Below, in pieces: positions 12,611 through 25,984 of a stretch of 64,000 nucleotides of DNA. Location: the NCBI RefSeq assembly GCF_009834535.1, contig NC_045697.1, positions 57,538,001-57,602,000 on the forward strand. Reading direction: 5' to 3'. Below the pieces are notes generated by a model that was not told the origin of the DNA, did no database searches, and worked only from the letters and a program-made list of their open reading frames with translations. Source of the stretch: Camelus ferus (Eukaryota). Both the position numbers and the translations under genes were made by a program. Position 1 is the first letter of the stretch. Each line of letters opens with the position of its first letter.

Positions 12611-13885
12611 AATACATTAAGAAATCTTGACTCAATGGAATTAAAATATACTTCCTATTTGACAATAATATATAAAATTAAGAACTGTTAATACAGTTAA
12701 TATAGTAATAATATCATATTACCACACTAGAAGTTTATCAGTACTTATGGAATTTGTATTGATTTTTTAACATTATATTAAAAATACATAATTATACAGT
12801 ATATTGATGCCTTACAAAGCATTCCATCAGCTTAGATCATGTGAAAAATCCTAGAGAGCCTCCAGTGTAATTCATAGATTCACTCACTCAGAATTCTCTC
12901 ACAGTGTTAGTATCTGGAGTTTTTAAACCATTAAAAATATCCCTTTTGGCAGAACTGTGGCAATTACATTATTTTTTAGCTATAAAATTAACAGCAGGTT
13001 TATATTCAAATTAATTTATGAATAATTTCCATAATAGAAGCTTTCAAATAAATACCATGACCAGCTATTGAAATGTTGATGTTTAATTTAGTCCCTACAT
13101 CATTAAATAGAATAAAAGGCTACTGATTATAAGGCCAGAAAATTTGAGGAAGAAAACTATGCTACACCTAACCACAAGTTTGGATAATTTCCTAAGGTTT
13201 ATGAGAAGATAGAATACTTGCACTTGTATGCAACAGACAAGCTTTCTATACAGCAAATATACAAGTAAGATAAGACTTTAAGATAAAGTAGACTTACCAA
13301 AATAGTTTTATTATTTAAAAGCAAGAATAGAAGTTCAGGGTATCCTAATAGAAGCTTGGCTCTGAATTGCTTAAAGCTCTTATTACCTTATAGAACTATT
13401 TAATGAGGAGAATCACAGTGCTAATAGAAGAACAACTTAAAACAGAGGGGAAAAATAACCTATTTGGTTGAATTCATTGATTCATTTTTTTCTGAAAACA
13501 GTGTTTTGAAGCAGGCATTAGGACTGCTCGAACTTTGCCTCTGATGGACACCTACTGTCTACCGCTGTTGAAAAATGTTCTCATCAACTTTGTAAAGTTT
13601 ATGTTCTATTTTTTGCATTGGATAAACCATGCATTCTCACTTCTTTCCCTTTGTCTTTTTTTTTTTATCTTACAGTGAGACAGAAATCCACAGATTTGAA
13701 CTTGATATCAGAAGAAAATTACATTTAAATCTTGATTGTATTATATAGTATTACTTTGCATAAATATAAATAAGTTAAAAAAATCAATGCGTGATTGATA
13801 TCTGTTAGGCTGTGAAACCTAACAGAGTGTATAATTTTTGAGAGGATAAAATAGAATTTCAAATAACATTTAAGAATTTTATTTT

Positions 13886-13964
13886 CTTTTTTTCTTTCTT
13901 TCTTTTTCTTTCTTTCTTTCTCTTTCTTTCTTTCTTTCTTTCTTTATTATTGAGTTATAGTCAG
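13886..13964 (-). mobile_element. Extremely 5'-truncated L1 (about 20-25 nt of 3' end) with tail converted to (TTTC)n
   Basis: ttattattgagttatagtcag is the reverse complement of the L1 terminus; perfect 17-bp TSD tttaagaattttatttt at 13869-13885 and 13965-13981. Confidence 0.85.
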
Positions 13965-15224
13965 TTTAAGAATTTTATTTTTTAGTGCAAGTTCTCAATG
14001 AAAATCATGATATTATTTGAGACACAAAACAAATCCTAATGGAAAATATTTTCCCCACTGGAAAAACTAGCAGTGCCAGATTTCTCTCAAGATATGTCTT
14101 TATTTTTGATCTGTTTAAAATGTTTAGTCTTGATAGGCTCTAAAGCCCTTTTTTAAATAAAAATATTTAGTAAGTACCTTTTTCAAAGGGGAAGTTGGTT
14201 TTTATTACCAATTATTATGAATTTCTGTAAAAATTAAATAAAAAATACTGGGAATATTTCTGAGTTTTTTTTTAATGTGTCAAACGAAGAGGTACTAAAT
14301 TCATATAAAGTAATTTTTCTTCGAACAAAATAATCTTTTATGGCACTGATATTTAATGTTTACTAACTGAAGTACTGTAAAATAATATTTTATCATTTAA
14401 AAATTACCATTACCAAAGTAATAACATGTACATTTAAAGTATTATTTTAAATGTTTCTGTACTTCCTTTATAAATAATTTTTTATATTTTATAAAATATA
14501 AACATTTTTGTACATAAAAATATATTTTTCTGATAATATACAGTAATTCTTATAAATTAAGAGCAGAAGATTAATTAAATGTCGGTTGGCACCAGGAAGA
14601 AGGAAATCATCAGTAAATGAGAAAATACACTTGCATTGTCTCATGTCTCTCATCATTGTGAATATATGCCTCATTCTTCTTAAATATTGCAGATTGATTT
14701 TTCTGCTTTTTAATATACTGTTAGTCATATCAAAGAGTGAGTAAAAAACCTGTAGATCAAAATTCTGAATTTCAGAGAAAGAGATTACGATTATTCCACT
14801 TGAATAATGTGTCCAGCTTTGGCCCAGTTGGCTCAAGGCAGGGAAGAAAAGTTTATAAAATTTACACGTGTATGTCAAGGGCTTATCTCCATAGATCTGA
14901 GGACGTATGTCAGAGAATAGGGATTTGATAAATGAGGTTGGAGTGTCATATAACTATTATTAAATTACAAACCACTTTTAACACTTTGAGATTAAAATGC
15001 TATAATTCAAAAAAGGTGACTTGAGGAACAGAGATGGAATTGACATGTTGAATTTCATATGTTCTTGTGTTCTGTATGTAGCAGAGGACATAAAGTAGCA
15101 ATTTTTTGATATTTCCAGGGCTACAAATTGTGGAATTTTAAAAGATCAACATCAGTATTTACAACTTCAATAGAAAGGCAGCTATTCAAAAATGCAAACA
15201 TACCTTCGTAGATGAGAGTGAGGA

Positions 15225-15440
15225 TTATGTACTCCAATGATCTAGAGTGGAACCCTGGTTCCAGTTTCACTAGTTGTGTTCCACAGACACATATGAAACA
15301 TTGTCCCCTAGGCATTTGTTTATAAAATGATAATAAAAACTAGTTCTTAAGAACATAGGCTTAAAAAACAAAAAACTCATGAAACGTAGCACTTTAATGG
15401 GTTTCTGTAATGTAAAGTAGCTTATATGCAATTGGTAAAT
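15225..15440 (+). mobile_element. MIR relic
   Basis: gaaccctggttccagtttcactagttgtgt...tttataaaatgataataa, a MIR-core-like pattern. Confidence 0.5.
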
Positions 15441-16049
15441 AGGATATGATGTTAATATAACAAATAATTTCTATTGGCCCATATTAAATTTTTCCCAACC
15501 TTTTAAAATTTACTTCTTGTTCTTTCAGATAAAAGCAATTGTACTCAAAGTGAAATACACAACGGGAAACAGCAGTCATAGCATAAAATACAGTATTGTA
15601 CCTGATGCCCAGTCATCTCATGCTTTTCTTTGTTGCTCGGTTTGACACCGCACTCTTTCCTAGATATGCCTATTTCATAATTCCATCATATGTGCACACT
15701 TTTCTCATACTTTCATATCTAAATAGTGACAAGACTTCTCTCTTTATATCAAGTCTCTCCCCCATTTTAGTAACTTGATTGTGAAATACTATATTGATGC
15801 TGGTATTTTGTTACTTATTAAGAATGTAACTTATTTTTATATGCACTAATATAATTATTAGGGTTATTATTGTTAGTTTTGATTCTCTGATTATAACATT
15901 CCATATGATTCGAGTTCTCTGATCATCACCTTATATTTAATGCATGATTTTGCAGAATCTGAATTTTTGCTACAATTCATATATCCCATTACAACAGAAA
16001 CAATACACGAAATAATGATTGAAATGTTCTCTAGGCCTGAAGTGAATGT

Positions 16050-16250
16050 TGTGCAACATTTAAAATCAGTTGATTTTAGGTAAAGGAGATTATCCCCCAT
16101 ATATGGGGCCTCATCCAGTTAAAAGAAATAAGGGGAAAACCTGAGATTTTTCATAGTTGAAGAATTCTGTCTCAAGAGTCTAACATAGAAACCCTACCTT
16201 AGTTTCCAGCCTGCTAGCCTGCCCAACATATTTTACACTCAAGACTACAA
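16050..16250 (+). mobile_element. MLT2-like ERVL LTR fragment
   Basis: gtaaaggagattatccccca..tggggcctcatccagt...gaagaattctgtctcaaga...tttccagcctgctagcctgccc matches my recollection of MLT2 LTRs. Confidence 0.7.
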
Positions 16251-19200
16251 ATATTCAAGGATAAACTAATACTTCTGTGCTAAACTGAGGCACAGAAAGT
16301 GCACTTACTACAAAGGTAAGAATTAAATGAGGTTAATTGGAAGATTAGAATCTTGCACATCTCGTATATTAATGAGGCAAATGGTTCTCTGGTAAGCATA
16401 GAAGTGTTCTAGTCTTGATGATTTGCTTAGTTAGTGTGTTTATATTTAGTTAGGTTTAATTATTTAAATTATTTTTTCAAATTCTCAGACCAAAATACTC
16501 ACTTTCAAAAGTAATGCTTGCTGTTACTTAACATGTTGATTTATGTGTGTGTCTAATTTATGTATGAAATCCTGTGCCAAACACTTTGAACACATTACTT
16601 AAATTAATGCCAGTCAAGTACAACTTATAATATTTTCAATTTTCCCCCTAAATTTTGGAAAACTTTAATGACATTGAAAAATTACTAAAATGTTTTTAAG
16701 AGAAAAAAGATAGATAAATATTTTTCCTTTGACTCTTACTCTTCTTGAATCTTCTTCTTAGCTAACAGGGAAAGAAATCTCCTGGAATTATTACTGGTAA
16801 TGGAGCATGCAATTGCATGTTAGTATGAGATTCCATAGTTTCTAGCTCCGGATTGATTGTTCACTATGGTTAGTGTTATTATCACTATTTTATTGTTTTT
16901 ACTAGCTGGGGTCTTTCAGTAGCTACATCCTCACTTAACCAAGAGTTAGTCATTATTTATGTTGGGTATATAGGCATTGGAATATATTTGATAAAAGGAT
17001 GCTTAGAAACTTAATCATTTGTATATAAAAGATTACAAATAATAGATTCAGTAAATTATTAAAATTACCTATCAGTAAAGAAGTTTTGCTGTTCTTAAAA
17101 TCTTCATGGGGAAAAATAAACATGTACGGTGTAATGCTTTGATGAATTATAATCTTAGACAAAATTGTACATATTTAGAAAAACTGTATTGGGTACAAAA
17201 TAGATTGGTTTTAGTATTTAACTCACAAAAAGAGCTGCATTAAAAAAAATTATCCAAGAAGGAAGGGATAACTCTGTTCTCATTATTAGAAAGTGTGCAA
17301 CAGTTAAGTAAATTATAAGATATAAAATAGGCATTTATGCTGTTTACATTTCTAGGTTTAACGTATATTTGAGATAATTTCATAAGCATGTGGCTTCCTT
17401 AGCACATTTTCAAACTAGAAATTAAACATACAGCATACATAAATATACACATACATATATATGCACACTGTGTAACATACTTATAAAATTGTACATATAA
17501 TAAAGAAAGTTAAAACCTAAAAAGTCTGCTTTTTCAAATGCGTAAGACTTGTCACTTTACCTTTCTTATGACAGTTTATGTTTACTAAGACTCAGGTCTG
17601 CTGGCTTTGTGCTTGAATGAGGACATCAGGGATAATATAGATGAGCTCCTTGAGATTTGAGATTTGAGATTGCTAATAATTAGCAAAAGAGATACAATAT
17701 AATGATGTTGTTCAATAAATACTTGACAGAGATATTTTTTCTTAAAACTTAGCCTTTAGGATAAATAAGTTTCCAACAGAATGGAAAGGGGAAGTAAGGT
17801 CGTTCTTGCATTTCATTCTGATGTAATAAAATTGTATTATCTTTTATATGCTAGACTATCTGAAAAATATGCATGTGTATGACTATGTGTGTCTTTATAT
17901 ATAAATATATAGATTATATTGTAATAATACATAAAGCATTATTTGTCCTTCCAAATAAGCTCAACAGCTAGTGAAAGGGAAATACTATATTATAATTTAA
18001 ACTGTGTTGTGTTGTGTTGTATTTATTTGTTATGTTAATAATGTCATAAGGAAATATTGTTTCTAGTAGTTAACCTTCACTGGAAATTTATTTTTTATGA
18101 AAGACTGTACAAAGGACCCTTTAAATTCCATTAAAATTTATCATAAAGCTATATAAACATATAGTAGCATAGAAGATGGTGATAATTCTTCTGGCTGGTG
18201 GGAAATAGGAATGTTTCATACATTAGATAAAAACTAAAACTAGGTATTGAGGATGGAGAGGACTTCACCCAGCTGAGGAAAAGTATTACTGAAAGAGGGA
18301 GTATTTTGAGCAAAAATGGGGAAATTTGAAAATGAATGGACTATTATGAAAACTTGGTCAACAAAGATATGACTGGAGGTTGGAGTACAATGTTGTAAAG
18401 GTGGTACGAGAAAAGAGGATATGGTAATAATAATGATAAATAATAAAGCTGAGGACTGATTAAGCTCAAATTGTAAAGAACATTTGACCATTAATTTTCC
18501 CACCGCAGTGGAAAAACTAAAAACAAAAATAGAACAGAGGAGTATGAAATTTTGTGTTATAGAATGGTATCTAACAAAGAATACTAGAAGGAAACAAAAA
18601 AAAAAAAAGCAAAATATATAAGGTATCTACAGATGTGCATATGTTTTGATGGATTACTCTTAAGCTACTACTACTAATGTTTTATTCTTATGAAGTAAAT
18701 GATTATAGAAATGTGTATTTAAAAAGAGATAAGCATTTAATATTTATAAAAGAAACAGTGGAAAAAGTAAAGAAAATATAAAAAGAAAGGACAAGAAATG
18801 AAAGGAGGAAAGAAGAAAGGAACAGAGAAAGAGGAAGGAAGAAGCAACTAAACGAACAGACCACGATGACTAATACAGTGAAATATTTGCATATGCTCCA
18901 ACAGATCTGCTCATTCAAATAGTATGAAGTCATTAAGATGAAATTTTTATACTTCATGAACAAACATAGAAAATGAATTCAAGTAAAGTAGAAGACTACT
19001 AATAGGCATGTGTATTATAACTGGAACTTTAGAGTGATGAGAGTACAAATAAAAGTCAATGTACTATATTGAAAATTATATTATGCTAGGTGGTGGTATT
19101 CTGAGTGTTTTAGATTTAAGTTATATTTTGCCATCTATTTAATGTGGGAAAAATAGTAATGGCAGTAATATGGATAGAGTTTATGAGAGAAGCAGTATAG

Positions 19201-19539
19201 GGAGAAACTGTTAAGGAAAGAAATTCAGTTTGTAGGTGCAGCAGATCAGATGATGAGCCTTGAATAAAATATTATCTTATGTATTTCTATCAACATATTG
19301 TATTAAATTATAATGCAATATAGTAAATTTTAAAAATTATTTTTATATTACAGGAGAATTCACATTTTATAAAAGTAAAAAAAAAAAAAAAGAGAAGGTT
19401 TTCTCTAATACATCACAGAGGAAACCACAGTATTTGGATATATCCTTATGGACATTTAAATTTATATATAAATAAAAAGTATATATGTTATATATGTATA
19501 TTAAAGGATATCATATTATTAATTCTAGTATTTAATTCC

Positions 19540-21255
19540 TAAGAAGACTTTTAAAAATTTTATAGGAAACTGAGCCTAAATGGCAATTCAGTGAATTTCT
19601 ACAAACTGAACAATAGTGTGAAACCAGGAACCAGATTAAGAAAGAGATGTTGCCAGCACACAAGTAGCCTTTTAATATCCTTCATGTTACAGCTGCCACC
19701 TCCTCCTAGAGAACCAGTATTTCAACTTCCTATAGAACATATTAACTTTGATTGGTTTATACTCTACATTGAAAGACTCACATAAAGTATACTCTTTTGT
19801 ATCTGGCATCTTTAACTCACGATTATGTTTGCAAGATACATATTGTTGCATGTTGTTCTAGATCATTCATTCTCATTATTTTACAATATGTCAGCAAGTG
19901 ATTATATTGCAATTTATTTACCCATATTTTTCATCCTGTTGTGCTGATATAAACATATCCCTGTCATTTGAGAACATATATACCTGTTCTGCAGGCTCTA
20001 TTACTAGGAATGGAAATTCTGATTCATAGAGTTTGTATATGTTCAACTTAGTAGATAGTGCTAAACATTTTCCTAGGGTGGTTTTACCAACTTACTCTCT
20101 CCAGCACTATGTTGAGAGTTCTGGAAGCAGCATAGCCTTGTTTTTTATATGTTTTTTTTTTTTTAATGTTGGCTGTTCTAGTGGGTGTATGGCAGTGTAT
20201 AATATATATATTATATAAAATCTAGTATATATTAAATATTTTTAGACATTTTTATGTTCTCAGCAAATTTGAGAGTAAAGTATAGAAATTCCACAGTACC
20301 ACCTACCCATACACGTAAATAGCCACCCCCTTAATCAACATCTCCCACCAGAGTGGTATATTTGTTATAATCAATGAAGCTACAGTGACACATTGTTATC
20401 ACCCAGAGCCCATAGTTTACATTAGACTTTGTTCTTGACGTTATTCATCTATAAGTTTGGACAAATGTATAATGATGTGTCCACCATTTTAATATATAGA
20501 AAATCTTCACTGTCATAAAAATCCTCTGTGCTCTGCCTGTTCATTCCTTCTTCCCCTCGAATCTCTGGATACCACTGATCTTTTTACTGACTTCATAGTT
20601 TTGTCTTTCCTGGAATGACATAAGGTTGAAATTATGAAGTGTATAGTCTTTACAGATTAGCCTATTTCACTTAGTAAAATACATTTAAGTTTCCTCTTTC
20701 TGTTTCCATAGTTTGATAGCTCACTGCTTTTAACACTGTGTAACATTCCACTATTTGGATGTACTAAAGTTTACTTATCTGTTAACTTATGAAGAACATC
20801 TTGATTCTGTCAAAGTTTTGACAGTTATGAATAAAATTGTTATAAATATCCATGTGAAGGTTTTTGTGTGGACATGTTTTCACCTCATTTGATTAAATAC
20901 AAAGGAATGTGGTTTCTGGATTGTATGATAAGACTATGTTTGATTTTGTAAGAAACCACCAAACTGTGTTCCAGAGTGGCTGTGTCATGTTGTATTCACA
21001 GCAATGTGTGAACATTCCTGTGCTCTGCGTAGCATTTGATAGCATTTAGTGTTGTCAGTATTCTTGACTTTGGCCTTTGTAATAGATTTGTAGTGATTTC
21101 TAATTGTTGTTTTGATTTGCTTTCCCTCATGACATATGATGTGAAGCATCTTTTCATATGATTATTTGTCATCTGTATATCTTCTTTGGTAAGGTATCTA
21201 CCTGTTAATGTCATTAGCCTATATTTTAAAAGAGTTTATTTATATTGTTGAGTTT
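19540..21255 (-). mobile_element. Nested old L1 3' ends (L1ME-like 19540-20200; L1MC/MD-like 20235-21255)
   Basis: ORF 20996-21214(-) TKEDIQMTNNHMKRCFTSYVMRE is ORF2p C-terminus; L1MC-type 3' UTR (ccaccagagtggtatatttgttataatcaatgaa). Confidence 0.8.
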
Positions 21256-24200
21256 TATATTCTAATAGGTTAGAAGAAGCTAAGACCAAAGGAAAGCCTC
21301 TTGATAAAACTAAAAAAATATTAACACTAGATGGAACAATACTTGAAAAGAGAACTAAGTAGGAATTATGCCATTAATAGCATAGTAAGTAGTCTTTAGG
21401 AAGGAATTGTTTTGTATTGTAAAAGAAAGGAAAAGGCATTGAATGGTTTTAAGTTGAGAGTGACGTAATCACAGTTGCATTTTTGGAAGAATTGCTTTGA
21501 AACGCCTGAATTAAAAGTGGTTTTACAATCAAAACAATTAGGGTAAAGGAAAACCATTAACAAGGTTTTATTCTCATTCAATTGAGAGAGTGTACTTTTA
21601 TCTTCAAATCATTTTCACTCAGAATATTGAAACTACTGTTATTTGTTTTCTGTATAAATCGGAGATAGAAATGTCCAGTGGCTGATTCTTATTCCTTTTG
21701 TTTGTTACTGATTTTCACCCCTCCATTAATAAAGCTCTCACCCCCTTCTCTCTCCCTCTCTGTCTGTAACATACTTGATAATTTTCAAGTTTTAGTTATT
21801 TCAGATTTAAACACAAGTTTGATAATAAGGGCAGACACAGAAAATTAAGACATTTCAAGACTCTATTTACTAACAATTTTATCATGGAAAATCTGTGACA
21901 AGAAAATATCTATGATTTTTTTAAATGCAGATTATTTTTTAAATGGCAATTGTTTACCAGTGTTTTATACCTTTTGATTGAATTGTAGGAATGGTAAAAT
22001 CATAGAGGGAGAAGGGAAATTAGAAATATCTAATACAGTTACATTACAGGTGAGAAACTTGAGGCCCATATGTTACAATGGTCATTTGTCTAATAACCTG
22101 ATTTTAGGTCTGCAGATCTGCTTAAATCATTACCTTACAGATATTTGTCAAAAAATGAATACATCTACCCTTTGACAAAAATGTTGACCTCATTTAGCGT
22201 AATTTTTTCTGTAGTAAAAAGCTCTTTTTTTCTAAGTTATCTTTGACATGCAGAGATTATGAAATGTGTCTTTAAATCTTGAACATGTTTCAATAAACTG
22301 TCAGTTCTAAGACTATTCATTTAACTCAACTTGCGAAAAATTCTGAAGGCCTATTTCATCACTGACTCCCAAAGGTTAGACCAAGCTTCAACTTTGAGCA
22401 ATGAACCTTTAGAGTGAGGGCATGTTGAACTATAATTTGTCATTTTTCGGAAAAAAATGTACCTATTACAAGAAATAGATGGAAACTTAATTGTCTCACC
22501 TCACTTGTGCTTGAGAGGGCAGATTGTCATTCTCTACAAGAATTCAGAAAGTCTAGTTTGGCAAATGCTGGTAATTTATTATCACTGAATTTGATAAAGT
22601 AAGAAACTGTTACATTTTCTTGTCAGAAAAATTGCAGCACATGTATATTCCAGGATCTTTATTTATTTTAAATAGAACATTTCAAGTATTAAAGCAGCTA
22701 ATCTAGAAAGAGCTATATACAATAAAATCTAATGAGTTTGGCTAAATACTGCCTCACACTTTTTATCTGATTTACATTGGTAACTATACTGCTTCAATTT
22801 ATATCGGATTTCAAAAATAATATTTTGTAGAAGCAGTAGTGCTTTTCTGGTGTGATGGTTTGAGTTGACAAAATATTCTGACATTCATTTTTTTTTTCAG
22901 AAACTTTGGCATTTTTCATATCATTATGTTATATTAATGTCCCTGTCTCAACTGGCAGGAACAGAAAGTTCACTTGTAAAAGTGCAACTTTGCTTCTAAT
23001 GAAGTGGTTTGTTAGCTCTGGAAACAAGATGCAGTTCTTTCTGATAGTTCATAACTTTTTCTTAAAGTCAACAAATACATAATCAGATATATGAGCACCT
23101 GCTAACATAACATAAATAAAATAATCTAAGATTCACACAAACACAACACACAAATTGGCATAAAGTAAGAATGATGTCTGCAAGTGTGAATGAAAGAAAT
23201 GTTATGTAAGCTCTGACCATTCAAACGAGGATGATAAGAAATGGTGAAATAATGTTGGTGGAGTGCTGGATTATTACATGACAGGGTGGAAACTAAATTG
23301 AGTAGGTCATAATTCTTACAGGTGGTTGATGTGCAAATGTTATACATGGAGAATAGAAAAATGTAATATGATTGGTTACACAAAGTAAAATTATAGAGAA
23401 ATAGAAAAACCTTTGACCTATTTCATAGATTATGAAAAATTAATCTGTATTCAAATTACTTATTATTATTATCACCTCCATAGCAACTATATCCAACTCT
23501 ATTTTAGAAATAACATTTCCAAAGTCTAATTAGGAGATAAGGTATAGAATAAATTTAGAAAAATTAATTCCTTTATTTTTTATTTTATTGTGAATCTGAA
23601 ACCTTAATGCTTTTTTCATGATTTTTCTTTTACAACTTTTTAGAGATATTTTAGAAGATGTTATCTTTATTGGAAAGAAAAAATGACCTAAATTTTTATT
23701 CTTGAATGGTACTTTGATTACTTTTAAGTGTGTTAAATTTAAATAAAAATAATAATGTTAATTATATTACTAAACAAAGTTAATACTTGGTCATATTTCA
23801 CATAATGTTGATATTAACACTGTTCTTTATTACTCCTTGTTCTCAAACAAAACATTAAACAAATATTGTATGCTAATGCTGCATTGGAAATTTGTAGTAA
23901 AGATAGCAAAATAGAAGGGGAAAAACAAAAAAGAGCAAGAGGGGTAGGAAAAGCAAATAACGGTGACACATTCCTGATGCAGTTAGGGAAGAGCAAATCT
24001 TTGAGGGACATTAACAGCCTTCTAACTTTTCCTGTTTTTGAATATTATATCTAGGCCGTCATAGAATATGTTCTCTACTGATTGAAGGTGTTTTGGTGTT
24101 CAAACATCAGCAGTTCTATTTGGGATATGCTTAGGAGCAGAAGGTTGAGTCATGGACTCTGTTATACTCAGAATAGCAGAATATGAACATTTTCCTGCTG

Positions 24201-24279
24201 GACATCTTAGCATCACACGGTATTGCCATTTTTTGTGTGTTATTGTTGAATTATTTTAAGATTTGTTAAAAATTTAGTG

Positions 24280-24380
24280 TTTTGAGGTGTGTGTAATTAG
24301 GTTTATTTATTAATTTATTTTTAATGGAGGTACTGGGGATTGAACCAGGATCTTGTGCATGCTAGGTAGGCACTCTACCA
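24280..24380 (-). mobile_element. Vic-1-like SINE lacking its first ~20 nt
   Basis: taattaggtttatttatt...ggaggtactggggattgaacc...gcactctacca is the antisense SINE body. Confidence 0.88.
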
Positions 24381-24517
24381 GAGAGGGTATAATTTAAGTG
24401 GTAGAGTGCATGCTTAGCATGCATGAAGTCGTGAATTCAATCCCTAGTACCTCCTCTAAAAATAATAAATAAATAAACCTAATAAGTACCTTCCTCCAGC
24501 AAAAAAAAAAAAAAAAA
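24381..24517 (+). mobile_element. Vic-1-like SINE with A17 tail
   Basis: gagagggtataatttaagtggtagagtgcatgcttagcatgc...ttcaatccctagtacctcc...polyA. Confidence 0.92.
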
Positions 24518-24822
24518 GTTTAGTTTTTAATGTGGTTTTAGTTTGCATCTCCTTGATGACAGATGATTTTGAGAGCATTTTCATAGGCTTTTGGTAATTT
24601 TTTTGCCTTCTCTTGTGAAGTGTAATTTTAAATTGTTTACCGATGGGGGGTTGTCTGCTTATTGTTATGTAATGTGTCAGTTATTTCTATATTTTGCCTG
24701 TGTCTACTGCCAAATAAGTATGTTAAAACTGTATATCCCATAATATAACTTGCATTTTCTCTCTCTTAATGATTTATTTTGATATAAAAAATTTGCTGAA
24801 TTTGGTATAATCTGAATATGTA

Positions 24823-25892
24823 GTCTATCCTACAGAATGTTCCATGTGTACTTGAAAAGAATGTATATTCTTTTTTTTTTTTTCCTTGGATGTAATGTCC
24901 TGAAAATATCAAGTAAGTCTAACTATTCTATTGTGTTTTTTAGGATCTCTGTTGCCTTATAGATTTTTCTGTCTGGAAATCTGTCCATTGATGTGAGTGG
25001 GGTGTTAAAGTCCCCTACCCTTACTGTTTTTCCATCAATTTCTCCCTTTATGTCTGTTAGTATTTGTTTTATGTATTTTGATACTCCTATATTGGGTGCA
25101 TATATGTTGGTAAGTATGATATCCTCTTCTTGTATTGATCCTTTTATCATTATATAATGTCCTACTTTATCTTTCTTTATGGCCTTTGTTTTAAAAGTCT
25201 ATTTTGTCTGATATGAGTATTGCTACCCCTACTTTCTTGTTATTTCCATTTGCATGGAATATCTTTTTCCATCTCCTCACTTTCAATCTGCATGCGCCCT
25301 TTGCCCTAAAGTGGGTCTCTTGTAGGCAGCATATTATAGGCTCTTGTTTTATTATCCAACCTGCCACTCTATGTCTTTTGAATGAAGCATTTAGTCCATT
25401 GTCATTTAAGGTAATTATTGATAGATATTTGTTCATTGCCATTTTAAACTTCATTTTTCTTTTGGTTTTGTGTTTCTTATTTGTCACTTTCTTTTTCTTT
25501 TTGTTTTTCATTTTGCGGTTTGATGATTTTCTTTTGCATTATGCTCAAGTTCTTTTTGGTTTTTGTGACTCTGTTTTTGACTTGTGGTTACCCTGTTTTT
25601 CAAGTATGTTAACCCATTACTATATCTACTTGCTTTAGGCTGGTAATCATATAGGCTCAAACATATTCTAAAAAAAAAAAGAAAAAAAATCTCATTTTCT
25701 TATTCCTCCCCCCTACATTTTGTGATTTTGATGTCCTCTTTTACATCTTCATGTTTATTCTTTTGCTGTTTTTTGTAATTTTGTAGTTATCACATTTCCA
25801 GTTGTGATTTTCTCTTTTCTATAGATTCTTGTGTCTTTTCTATTTAGAGAAGACCTTTCAATGTTTCTTTTAAGATAGGTTTGATATTGCTG
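24823..25892 (-). mobile_element. Internal L1 fragment: ORF1 C-terminus, spacer and ORF2 endonuclease N-terminal part
   Basis: ORFs 25191-25511(-) YLSIITLNDNGLNASFKRHRVAGWI..CCLQETH and 24923-25150(-) NIYAPN..VGDFNTPL are APE endonuclease motifs. Confidence 0.92.
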
Positions 25893-25984
25893 TAACAAAA
25901 TATTTTTTTCAATGGCAGTTATTTCTTGATCTGTTGATCTCACCATACCTAAACAATGACAAAACCTACCTTTTAAAACTGCAG

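Noticed and set aside
14693..14736. Putative 44-nt exon (cag|...|gtgagt) encoding the hydrophobic, signal-peptide-like LIFLLFNILLVISK
   Set aside because: No start codon or recognisable protein, and AT-rich DNA readily gives such peptides. I could not build a credible gene model with neighbouring acceptor-like sites (~13675, ~15528, ~16768).
25191..25511. Standalone endonuclease gene
   Set aside because: It is a frameshifted fragment of L1 ORF2 with no intact element.
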